From a virus: a stretch of 11,380 bases of DNA. The translations under genes and the position numbers were made by a program. The stretch's first letter is position 1; the number at the start of each line of letters is the position of its first letter. Location of the stretch: the IMG/VR virus record IMGVR_UViG_3300032163_000001, positions 174,249 to 185,628 of that record. One strand, given 5' to 3'. Shown piece after piece: positions 1-5,617 of this stretch. Below the pieces are notes generated by a model. That model did not search any database and had not been told where the DNA came from. It saw only the letters and a program-made list of their open reading frames with translations.

Positions 1-1
1 C

Positions 2-409
2 CTATTCACAAATTTTGAATTTGTTCGTTACAAAGTGCTTACCATCAAACTCTTTCAATGTGGTAAAACAAGACTCTATAGAATCAAAGAATCTATGTGT
101 ATGAAATGAAACCCAAATATCTTTTCTTATCTGTTCAGTTGGATCAATAACAAAAACAAGTTTATTGTTATCATATGCAAAACAAATTTCCATTGATGTA
201 CCCCAACTTGGTCTTACAGTATAAGCTACAACAACATCTGATTTCATAATTAAATATTTATCAAGCGAAGGAATTTTTGGAAGGGGTCTACAACCATCTG
301 ACATAGGATCGATTATATCAAAAACTTGTTCATAATCATAGTGTACTGTTTCTCTGTAGTCGGTTTCACCAGTATACCCTGCGAGGTAAATTTTCAGTTT
401 TTCAGTCAT
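2..409 (-). CDS. Nucleoside 2-deoxyribosyltransferase-like / DNPH1 (Rcl)-like protein, 135 aa, complete (ATG 409, TAG at 2-4)
   Basis: N-terminal KIYLAG motif and C-terminal GTSMEICFA...KLVFVI block resemble PF05014 family motifs, including the Glu nucleophile context DxGTxxExGxA. Weak SD (AAGGGA, long spacer). Sits in a minus-strand operon with QueC. Confidence 0.5.
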   Translation of the reverse strand: MTEKLKIYLAGYTGETDYRETVHYDYEQVFDIIDPMSDGCRPLPKIPSLDKYLIMKSDVVVAYTVRPSWGTSMEICFAYDNNKLVFVIDPTEQIRKDIWVSFHTHRFFDSIESCFTTLKEFDGKHFVTNKFKICE

Positions 410-438
410 AGTTTATTTATCCCTTTTTAGAATCCAGT

Positions 439-543
439 TTACTTCTTAATCTTAAAGACAAACCATTGTTTCGTTAACAATCTTGCCATGAGAATCGCTC
501 CACCCAAAACTCCAATGCCAAGAACTACTAAATATCCAAGCAT
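439..543 (-). CDS. Small hydrophobic peptide, 34 aa (MLGYLVVLGIGVLGGAILMARLLTKQWFVFKIKK), single TM
   Basis: ATG at 543 (complement) preceded by GGAAGGAGG with a 7-nt spacer. One hydrophobic helix. Lies between the SLT gene and the NDT-like gene on the same strand. Not in the supplied ORF track because it is below the size cutoff. Confidence 0.3.
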   Translation of the reverse strand: MLGYLVVLGIGVLGGAILMARLLTKQWFVFKIKK

Positions 544-584
544 TTTAATGCCTCCTTCCTTTTATATTTTCTTGAATCTACCCA

Positions 585-1256
585 TCACTTAAATCCTCCT
601 GTTTCATATACAGGATACCACTTGTTTAGAATCTTAAATGGGTAATCCCGATTTTCCTTAAAAGCCCATTGCGCCCTATTTGAATAATGCTCAACGTTAC
701 AAATCCACTTTGACGAATCTCTTCCCTTAGATTCAGTCAATTTTTGATCTTTCAAAACCCAGCCGTAGCCCCCGTTGTAAGAGGATAAAGTGAATCTCCA
801 CCTATCATCAGAACTATACGATTGTATAAACTTCTCATAGAGAAATTTATCATATTTGAGACAGGCGCGTATTGCCCATCGAGCGTCTAATGGTTTATTC
901 TCTCCTAAATCTTTAGCATATAATTTGCTAATCCATTCCGCTGTTTGCGGTGTGAACTGAGCTAATCCGGAGGCATATTTGCTTTGAGCCTCTGGGTTCC
1001 AGTTTGATTCTTGATGAATTTGAGAATAGAACACAGTAGCGGATTGATTTAATCCCCAATAATAATTTGTCTCCGCTCTCACTACACGCTTCAGTCTATA
1101 GGCTAAAGCTGGAATTCTGGCGTCTCTCTTAACTTCAAATTCCGAAGCTGAGATTTTGGGGTCTTTCTTAACTTCAAATTCCGAGCAATCCGCCGATAAG
1201 AAAACCAAGCATAACAAAACCCCTAAGAACGCACGCTCCAAGAAACTTGTAACCAA
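585..1256 (-). CDS. Lytic transglycosylase (SLT domain) with N-terminal signal peptide; probable phage endolysin or secreted peptidoglycan hydrolase, 223 aa, TTG start
   Basis: Catalytic-region motif QIHQESNWNPEAQSKYASGLAQFTPQTA matches the SLT family consensus ES..NP.A.S..GA.GL.Q..P.TA. Hydrophobic N-terminus AFLGVLLCLVFLSA. TTG start with AAGGAGGA 6 nt upstream. Contains an in-frame 13-aa tandem repeat (SEFEVK-K/R-D) after the signal peptide. Confidence 0.75.
   Translation of the reverse strand: MVTSFLERAFLGVLLCLVFLSADCSEFEVKKDPKISASEFEVKRDARIPALAYRLKRVVRAETNYYWGLNQSATVFYSQIHQESNWNPEAQSKYASGLAQFTPQTAEWISKLYAKDLGENKPLDARWAIRACLKYDKFLYEKFIQSYSSDDRWRFTLSSYNGGYGWVLKDQKLTESKGRDSSKWICNVEHYSNRAQWAFKENRDYPFKILNKWYPVYETGGFK
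1127..1205. repeat. Imperfect 39-nt tandem duplication (2 copies; core cttaacttcaaattccga at 1128-1145 and 1167-1184) inside the SLT gene
   Basis: Direct repeat read from the sequence. In frame, encoding SEFEVKKDPKISA / SEFEVKRDARIPA in the linker after the signal peptide. Confidence 0.6.
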
Positions 1257-1506
1257 TGTTATCCTCCTTTAATAAAGTGGATAAACTCATATCAGGCCAA
1301 ACAACCTTGCAGAACACATGACCAGAAACAGCTAAAATAAAACCTAACACTATCTTCCATATTCCTAACTGTATCTGAGTGTTTTGTGGAACAATATAGG
1401 TGTACAAAAAAAGCAATACCAAAATAAAGGCAAGAATCCACCTTGTATTAACGATGGCCCTAGTTGCTGGGCGTGCATTCATTTTTTCTCTAATCTGCAA
1501 TTTCAT
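1174..1506 (-). CDS. Holin-like small membrane protein, 110 aa, three predicted TM segments
   Basis: ATG at 1506 with GGAGGTGA 8 nt upstream. Hydrophobic segments WILAFILVLLFLYTYIV, IWKIVLGFILAVSGHVF and FLGACVLRGFVMLGFLIGGLLGI. Lies immediately upstream of the lytic transglycosylase on the same strand. Its 3' end overlaps the SLT start by 83 nt in another frame, so the exact C-terminus is uncertain. Confidence 0.45.
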   Translation of the reverse strand: MKLQIREKMNARPATRAIVNTRWILAFILVLLFLYTYIVPQNTQIQLGIWKIVLGFILAVSGHVFCKVVWPDMSLSTLLKEDNIGYKFLGACVLRGFVMLGFLIGGLLGI

Positions 1507-1576
1507 TCACATCACCTCCTTCTATTCTTAAATTAATGTTTTGCTTCTTGACCACATCCATATTCACATAATTTCA

Positions 1577-2302
1577 TTATTCTACTAATCCTCTTTTAAA
1601 TTCTTCTCTTACTTTTTGCATATACTCAACAGCAATTTTCCATTCTTTTTTGGTAAGCAACGGGTCTTTTATTTTGTTTTCATAAAACGCTTCAGTTCTC
1701 TCAACATCCGTACCACATTTTGAACACGGTCTTGTCTCTCCTCTGTAACATGACCAAGTATTTTTGAATGGAACTTTGTCTACTATTCCTATAGAAACAA
1801 TCTCAGCTTTTGTAAGATTATTAAAAGGACTAATTATTTCTACATGGTTATAAGTTGCCAGTTTTGATGCCTCACTTAGTGCTTGGATAAATTCTATCCT
1901 ACAATCAGGGTATTGGGCTCTATCCCCGGTGTGATTTCCAATAAATACTTTGTTTAGATTAAGTGATTCACTATATCCAATTGCCAAACTCAGCATTATC
2001 ATATTCCTATTTGGAACCACAGTTGCCTTCATACTATCATCTGAAAAATGACCTTCTGGAACTTTTACTTGTTCAGACGTTAAACAACTTCCTTGTAACA
2101 AGGGATTAATATTATGAAGGTTTATAACTTTGTGATTTAATCCTAGAATCTTACAAGTTTTTATTGCGCACTTTATTTCTCGCTTGTGTTTCTGACCATA
2201 ATCAAATGTTAATACTTGAAGATCCCAATCTGGTAACAAGTCATACAGAAGAACAGAACTATCCATCCCACCACTTAGTATTAAAACAGCCTTCTCTTTC
2301 AT
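1577..2302 (-). CDS. queC: 7-cyano-7-deazaguanine (preQ0) synthase QueC, 241 aa
   Basis: PP-loop ATPase motif LSGGMDSS. FDYGQKH matches the QueC FDYGQRH block. VPNRN and YPDC R match VPGRN and YPDCR. C-terminal Zn site CYRGETRPCSKCGTDVER (C..C..C..C). ATG at 2302 with GAGAGGAA upstream. Confidence 0.85.
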   Translation of the reverse strand: MKEKAVLILSGGMDSSVLLYDLLPDWDLQVLTFDYGQKHKREIKCAIKTCKILGLNHKVINLHNINPLLQGSCLTSEQVKVPEGHFSDDSMKATVVPNRNMIMLSLAIGYSESLNLNKVFIGNHTGDRAQYPDCRIEFIQALSEASKLATYNHVEIISPFNNLTKAEIVSIGIVDKVPFKNTWSCYRGETRPCSKCGTDVERTEAFYENKIKDPLLTKKEWKIAVEYMQKVREEFKRGLVE

Positions 2303-2382
2303 AAAATTCCTCTCTCAAATTTCACTTTTTTATTTGTTCTTTTTACTTTAGATCATTTCTACTTGAACAACACTAGTAATGT

Positions 2383-2399
2383 CTATATATATTAATTAA
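2383..2399 (+). promoter_or_regulatory. Conserved 17-nt promoter-like motif CTATATATATTAATTAA (copy 1), about 80 nt upstream of the gene at 2483
   Basis: Exact 17-mer shared with 3181-3197 and 3682-3698. Contains TATAAT-like -10 elements and a palindromic TTAATTAA core. TTGAAC lies 14 nt upstream. Sits in the divergent region between the minus QueC operon and the plus block. Confidence 0.5.
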
Positions 2400-2482
2400 C
2401 AAAGAAAAGGATTATTATTTTATCATCAGAAAGGAGGTATGTGGAAGTTGAGTAAAGAAAACGGAGGAAGGAGGTGAAAATC

Positions 2483-2695
2483 ATGGGAGATGAAAATATC
2501 AAAACATCACAGTTTTCGGTCCTTAAAGCTTCTGCTGGAGAAAAGCTGGAGCCAGATGCGAGAAAACAAAGGAGAGTGGAGCTCTTAAAGAACGTTGGAG
2601 CAATCACGGTAGTAGCAATTTTAAGCGCGGCTTCCTTATTCGGTATAGGCCTCGCGGTTGGAGTTTTTGGAGGGGAACCCACCAAGACATCATAA
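2483..2695 (+). CDS. Small tail-anchored membrane protein, 70 aa (true start ATG 2483; the ORF-track GTG at 2474 lies inside the SD)
   Basis: GGAAGGAGGTGA SD with a 7-nt spacer. Polar N-terminal region, then the C-terminal TM AITVVAILSAASLFGIGLAVGVFGG and the tail EPTKTS. Confidence 0.5.
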   Translation: MGDENIKTSQFSVLKASAGEKLEPDARKQRRVELLKNVGAITVVAILSAASLFGIGLAVGVFGGEPTKTS

Positions 2696-2743
2696 GTTTA
2701 GTTTAATCTCTAATATTCTAATTAGGAGGGAGGTGAAAAAATA

Positions 2744-3103
2744 ATGATAATTAAGACTGGTGATGAACTATTAAAAACAATTAGAAGCTCTGGTGCTTCT
2801 GAAAACGTTGTAAATAAATTCAAAGAAGCCATTAACGAAAACGGTTCCTTGGAAATCAATGAGGTTCCAGAAGATCTTGAAAAACAAGTTGAAGCTTTCT
2901 GCCAGTGTTCAGATCCCACAACTATTCGTTCCAAAGGGAAGAAGTTCAGGAAAGCGGCTGTGATGTATGCTGGAAGTGTAGTTGGAGTAACTGCTATGGT
3001 TACAGGAGTCAGTCTTCTAATAGCGTATGGAGTTCGTTATGGAGACGCAATAAAAACTTCTCAGCAAATGAGCACCGGGATCACAGCAGGCCTGACCTTG
3101 TAA
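2744..3103 (+). CDS. Tail-anchored small membrane protein, 119 aa; paralog-like to the 2483 and 3349 genes
   Basis: AGGAGGGAGGTGA SD. C-terminal TM AAVMYAGSVVGVTAMVTGVSLLIAYGV. Ends ...GLTL, as the 3349 gene does. Confidence 0.55.
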   Translation: MIIKTGDELLKTIRSSGASENVVNKFKEAINENGSLEINEVPEDLEKQVEAFCQCSDPTTIRSKGKKFRKAAVMYAGSVVGVTAMVTGVSLLIAYGVRYGDAIKTSQQMSTGITAGLTL

Positions 3104-3112
3104 GTAAAAAAA

Positions 3113-3147
3113 TAGTATCTCAGTTTTCTTGAGGTACTATTTTTTTA
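3113..3147 (+). terminator. Rho-independent terminator
   Basis: Stem AGTATCTCAG / TTGAGGTACT (10 bp, two G-U wobbles), loop TTTTC, then a T7 run. Immediately after the stop at 3103. Confidence 0.6.
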
Positions 3148-3180
3148 ACAAGTAGATGATTTAATTAAAAAAAAAGAAGA

Positions 3181-3197
3181 CTATATATATTAATTAA
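3181..3197 (+). promoter_or_regulatory. Promoter-like motif CTATATATATTAATTAA (copy 2)
   Basis: Exact copy of the 17-mer, placed right after a terminator and upstream of the 3349 gene. Confidence 0.5.
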
Positions 3198-3348
3198 CAG
3201 AAGGTATAAGAAGAGTTATATTTTAAAATTCTTAAGAAAAAAGGAGGTGATGATTAAATAGTATTTGGATCAGTGAAAAGGTAGTTCTCTTCAACAATTT
3301 TCGATGTCAAGAGAATAATTATTTTCTTTTGACAGGAGGAGCATCTTC

Positions 3349-3615
3349 ATGAATGGGGGCATTGAAGGAGAATTAACAGAAACAAGATCCAAGATTGGAG
3401 AAGTATCTGCAGCTGAACCTGTTACAAAATCCCAAGAAGAAATTATAGTCAAACCCAACAAAAACGGGACTGGGATAAAATACCTTATTTCTGCTGCAGC
3501 AGGGTTTGTTGGTGGTATTGTACTCACAGCTGGACTAATTTACATTAGCAGACGATCTAATAGTGAAGTTGTTGAAATCATTACTAGCCTACCCCTATCA
3601 GGTCTAACTTTATAG
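3349..3615 (+). CDS. Tail-anchored small membrane protein, 88 aa
   Basis: ATG with GGAGGAG 7 nt upstream. TM YLISAAAGFVGGIVLTAGLIYIS. C-terminal ...SGLTL shared with the 2744 gene. Confidence 0.55.
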   Translation: MNGGIEGELTETRSKIGEVSAAEPVTKSQEEIIVKPNKNGTGIKYLISAAAGFVGGIVLTAGLIYISRRSNSEVVEIITSLPLSGLTL

Positions 3616-3636
3616 CTTCGGATAGGGGAGCTATTA

Positions 3637-3664
3637 AAGGGGGAATAGCCCCCCTTATTTTTTC
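3637..3664 (+). terminator. Rho-independent terminator
   Basis: AAGGGGG-aatag-CCCCCCTT stem-loop followed by TATTTTTT. A weaker hairpin (ATAGCT...AGCTAT) precedes it. Confidence 0.7.
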
Positions 3665-3681
3665 TCTCTTTGATAGTCGTT

Positions 3682-3698
3682 CTATATATATTAATTAA
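3682..3698 (+). promoter_or_regulatory. Promoter-like motif CTATATATATTAATTAA (copy 3)
   Basis: Exact 17-mer. TTGATA lies 7 nt upstream. Directly followed by GAAGAAAGGAGG and the 3722 ATG. Confidence 0.5.
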
Positions 3699-3721
3699 TG
3701 AAGAAAGGAGGTATATTTTAG

Positions 3722-3883
3722 ATGAAATTTACTGATGAACAAATTGAATTTATGAGAGCAGATATTGAATCGAGCTTTGCTTATTCTAAGTTAATTCATA
3801 TAGCAAAGAAGATTGTAGAAAGTGAAGGACTAAATTTCGAAGAGGAGTTCGAGAAGTGGAAAATAAATCAAAGGAGGAAATAA
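3722..3883 (+). CDS. Hypothetical small acidic protein, 53 aa (MKFTDEQIEFMRADIESSFAYSKLIHIAKKIVESEGLNFEEEFEKWKINQRRK)
   Basis: ATG after AAAGGAGG (10-nt spacer). No TM segment. Below the ORF-track size cutoff, so translated by hand. Confidence 0.35.
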   Translation: MKFTDEQIEFMRADIESSFAYSKLIHIAKKIVESEGLNFEEEFEKWKINQRRK

Positions 3884-3885
3884 AC

Positions 3886-4026
3886 ATGTCAAAGTTCTTT
3901 ATATTAGTCGCTGGTATTGGGATAGTGTTACAAATTGTATTCGTCAGTTGGACTTTAATTGACATTCGAGACGAACTTCGTATGATTCGAAAACATTTAA
4001 GAGGTGAAAAAATCGAAGAAAATTAA
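3886..4026 (+). CDS. Small membrane peptide, 46 aa (MSKFFILVAGIGIVLQIVFVSWTLIDIRDELRMIRKHLRGEKIEEN)
   Basis: AAAGGAGGAA SD with an 8-nt spacer. N-terminal TM helix. Starts 3 nt after the previous stop. Confidence 0.4.
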   Translation: MSKFFILVAGIGIVLQIVFVSWTLIDIRDELRMIRKHLRGEKIEEN

Positions 4027-4056
4027 CTTACAAAAAGAAAGGAGCAGATAGGAGAA

Positions 4057-4185
4057 ATGGAAGACAGAAAACCAAGTAGATCAAGATTCGTTATCGACTG
4101 GGGCACATTGCAATTCATTGTCCTGAATATATTCGCATTGGGTTTTGCATTGTTGGTAAACGCTTTGTTGAAAAAGTGGGGTTGA
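4057..4185 (+). CDS. Small membrane peptide, 42 aa (MEDRKPSRSRFVIDWGTLQFIVLNIFALGFALLVNALLKKWG)
   Basis: AGGAG-containing leader. Central TM helix. Confidence 0.35.
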   Translation: MEDRKPSRSRFVIDWGTLQFIVLNIFALGFALLVNALLKKWG

Positions 4186-4202
4186 GAGGGGAGGAGATAA
4201 AC

Positions 4203-4457
4203 GTGAAAAACAAAAGTATACCAGGTATTAATCTTTGTGTTGGTTGTGGATACTGTTGTTGGGAATCTACCTGTTCACTCGGTTTCAAACTCTATGGATC
4301 CACTCACCCTTGTTCAGCTTTGTATTGGAATAGACAGCAATATCGTTGTAAATTAGCAGACGATTTCGCAAATCATCTTTACATAGGTACAGGTTGCTGT
4401 TCTCCTTTAAATACATGGAGAAGAAACGTTCAACAAAGAACCGAAATATCACAATAA
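4203..4457 (+). CDS. Cys-rich CxxCxxCC (YkgJ/UPF0153-like) putative metal-binding protein, 84 aa, GTG start
   Basis: GGGGAGGAG SD then GTG at 4203. N-terminal CVGCGYCC fits the CxxCxxCC signature of PF03692. Further cysteines follow (C..C....GCC). Confidence 0.4.
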   Translation: MKNKSIPGINLCVGCGYCCWESTCSLGFKLYGSTHPCSALYWNRQQYRCKLADDFANHLYIGTGCCSPLNTWRRNVQQRTEISQ

Positions 4458-4488
4458 CTAAAAAAAAAGGAGGTGAAACCAAAAAAAT

Positions 4489-4623
4489 ATGAAAGAGGAA
4501 ATCCAAGCGTGGTTTATCAACAAAAACTTAAGTCTATTCTTTAGACTTAAGCACATACTAAACAGAGAAGTAGCTTGTTTGGTATGTTTCAAAATCGACG
4601 CTCTAATCAGAAAAATATTGTAA
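4489..4623 (+). CDS. Hypothetical 44-aa protein (MKEEIQAWFINKNLSLFFRLKHILNREVACLVCFKIDALIRKIL)
   Basis: Perfect extended SD AAAGGAGGTGAAACC before the ATG. Contains a 10-bp perfect inverted repeat (4527-4551). Confidence 0.4.
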   Translation: MKEEIQAWFINKNLSLFFRLKHILNREVACLVCFKIDALIRKIL

Positions 4624-4641
4624 ATAGGAAGGGAAAAAAGA

Positions 4642-4809
4642 ATGTATAAAGTAGCATGTAGAATCCAACAAGCATCAATTAGAAGAGCAGCAGTTTCAGG
4701 TAAAAATCTTAAACAATACATCGCTCCAAGAAAACCAGAACCACTGCCGGAATGGAGTAAGATTCTTAACAAAGTAGTTGTTCTAAAAAGAAACCATTAT
4801 TCTACATAA
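4642..4809 (+). CDS. Hypothetical basic 55-aa protein (MYKVACRIQQASIRRAAVSGKNLKQYIAPRKPEPLPEWSKILNKVVVLKRNHYST)
   Basis: ATG after GGAAGGGA. Lys/Arg-rich. The antisense ORF 4458-4772 in the track is judged spurious. Confidence 0.35.
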   Translation: MYKVACRIQQASIRRAAVSGKNLKQYIAPRKPEPLPEWSKILNKVVVLKRNHYST

Positions 4810-4824
4810 GGAGGTGAACAAGAA

Positions 4825-4971
4825 ATGAGAAAAATAAAAATATGGAGGATTCTAAAAGTATTATTAAGAGTTGAAAAATCGGAAAGACAGATCGTGAGAG
4901 AAAGACTAGCTGATCTGGCTAAGAGGTGGCTAAGAGGTGGTAAAGGAAAAGGAGGTGAAACCAATGGATAA
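4825..4971 (+). CDS. Hypothetical basic 48-aa protein (MRKIKIWRILKVLLRVEKSERQIVRERLADLAKRWLRGGKGKGGETNG)
   Basis: TAAGGAGGTGAACAAGAA then ATG. Its 3' end overlaps the next start at 4964. Contains an 11-nt tandem duplication, gctaagaggtg x2. Confidence 0.35.
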   Translation: MRKIKIWRILKVLLRVEKSERQIVRERLADLAKRWLRGGKGKGGETNG

Positions 4972-5386
4972 AGTTCCAGAGACTCCTATAGAGAAGTGTC
5001 AACACCGTTTATTAAGTCAAGCTTCTTCTATAGCTAATGACTTAAGGTGTCATGTATTTTGCGAAGGCAACAGGTTTATATATGATTTAGAAACTCTTCC
5101 AAATGTCATCAGCAGATGGATTATATATAAACCTGCAAAAGTTCCACGAAATATCCAAGAGATTCTTGAGAATCTTGATGAACTAAGCACTGAAGATGAG
5201 TTTTCTTACATTTCGTCTAGAGAAGAAGCTTTAGACGTGAGTGAAAAAACTCTAGCCTGGTTGCAGAAACTAGATGCTCCAATAATGTATTTCCAACAGA
5301 TTAGGAGCGAGATATCTGAAATTAAATCTCTCTTCAAAGAATGCCTTTTGAATACTCTTGTAGAATGTCTTACAAGAAAGAAATAG
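4964..5386 (+). CDS. Hypothetical protein, 140 aa (true start ATG 4964; the ORF-track GTG at 4937 is rejected)
   Basis: AAAGGAGGTGAAACC then ATG. Long ORF with coding-like composition. No recognisable motif. Confidence 0.55.
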   Translation: MDKVPETPIEKCQHRLLSQASSIANDLRCHVFCEGNRFIYDLETLPNVISRWIIYKPAKVPRNIQEILENLDELSTEDEFSYISSREEALDVSEKTLAWLQKLDAPIMYFQQIRSEISEIKSLFKECLLNTLVECLTRKK

Positions 5387-5425
5387 TCTCCATGGTGAGC
5401 AGTCAAAAAAAGGAGGAGAAATCAA

Positions 5426-5557
5426 ATGGAAGACGAAACAAAACTGCAGTTGAAGCAGGATACTCGAGATGTTGTAAAAGGTGTTGTGATTGAACTCATA
5501 GTCGTAGCTATAGTAGCGGGACTAGGAGTGTTAATTGCAGCTATGTCTAAAAAGTAA
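5426..5557 (+). CDS. Small membrane peptide, 43 aa (MEDETKLQLKQDTRDVVKGVVIELIVVAIVAGLGVLIAAMSKK)
   Basis: AAAAAGGAGGAGAA SD. C-terminal TM helix. Followed by a terminator. Confidence 0.4.
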   Translation: MEDETKLQLKQDTRDVVKGVVIELIVVAIVAGLGVLIAAMSKK

Positions 5558-5590
5558 AACCACATTCAAAATAGTCTCTATACTGAGACA

Positions 5591-5617
5591 AGTGGAAGAA
5601 GTCTTCCACTTTTTTTA
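5591..5617 (+). terminator. Rho-independent terminator ending the plus-strand block
   Basis: Stem AGTGGAAGA / TCTTCCACT (9 bp), 2-nt loop, T7 run. Confidence 0.7.

Noticed and set aside
585-1256. Lipoprotein call for the SLT protein
   Set aside because: The sequence before the first Cys is L-S-A-D-C. Asp at -1 violates the lipobox, so it is treated as an ordinary signal peptide.
2431-2477. SD-like AGAAAGGAGG then ATG (2439) encoding 12 aa (MWKLSKENGGRR) in the leader of the 2483 gene
   Set aside because: The spacer between GGAGG and the ATG is only 1 nt. The ATG is the incidental GTGAT-like tail of an extended SD. The peptide ends inside the real SD. Probably a leader feature, not a gene.
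2474-2482. ORF-track GTG starts at 2474, 4937 and 4176
   Set aside because: These GTG or upstream codons fall inside the SD sequences. In-frame ATG or GTG codons 5-9 nt after the SD (2483, 4964, 4203) are far better starts.
2392-2685. 97-aa minus-strand ORF
   Set aside because: Antisense to the SD-led 2483-2695 gene. No RBS. Its start lies inside the promoter motif. Judged a shadow ORF.
2722-3132. ORFs 2722-2934 (-) and 2905-3132 (+)
   Set aside because: They overlap the well-supported 2744-3103 gene in other frames or on the other strand. They have no SD, and the second one runs through the terminator hairpin.
3238-3261. Orphan perfect extended SD AAAAAGGAGGTGATGATTAAATAG (mini-ORF MIK*)
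   Set aside because: The ATG is part of the anti-16S complement (GGAGGTGAT) with a 2-nt spacer, and a stop comes 2 codons later. Likely a relic of a deleted gene or a standby ribosome site. Noted only.
3291-3527. 78-aa minus-strand ORF
   Set aside because: Antisense to the 3349-3615 gene. No RBS.
4285-4772. Minus-strand ORFs 4285-4506 and 4458-4772
   Set aside because: They lie antisense across four plus-strand small genes, each with a perfect SD. The hydrophobic translations come from an A-rich sense strand. No RBS.
4919-4940. 11-nt tandem duplication gctaagaggtg x2
   Set aside because: Too short to call a repeat element. It may reflect slippage, and it only creates a second SD-like AAGAGGTG upstream of the 4964 gene.
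5206-5406. 66-aa minus-strand ORF
   Set aside because: Antisense to the 4964-5386 gene. No RBS.
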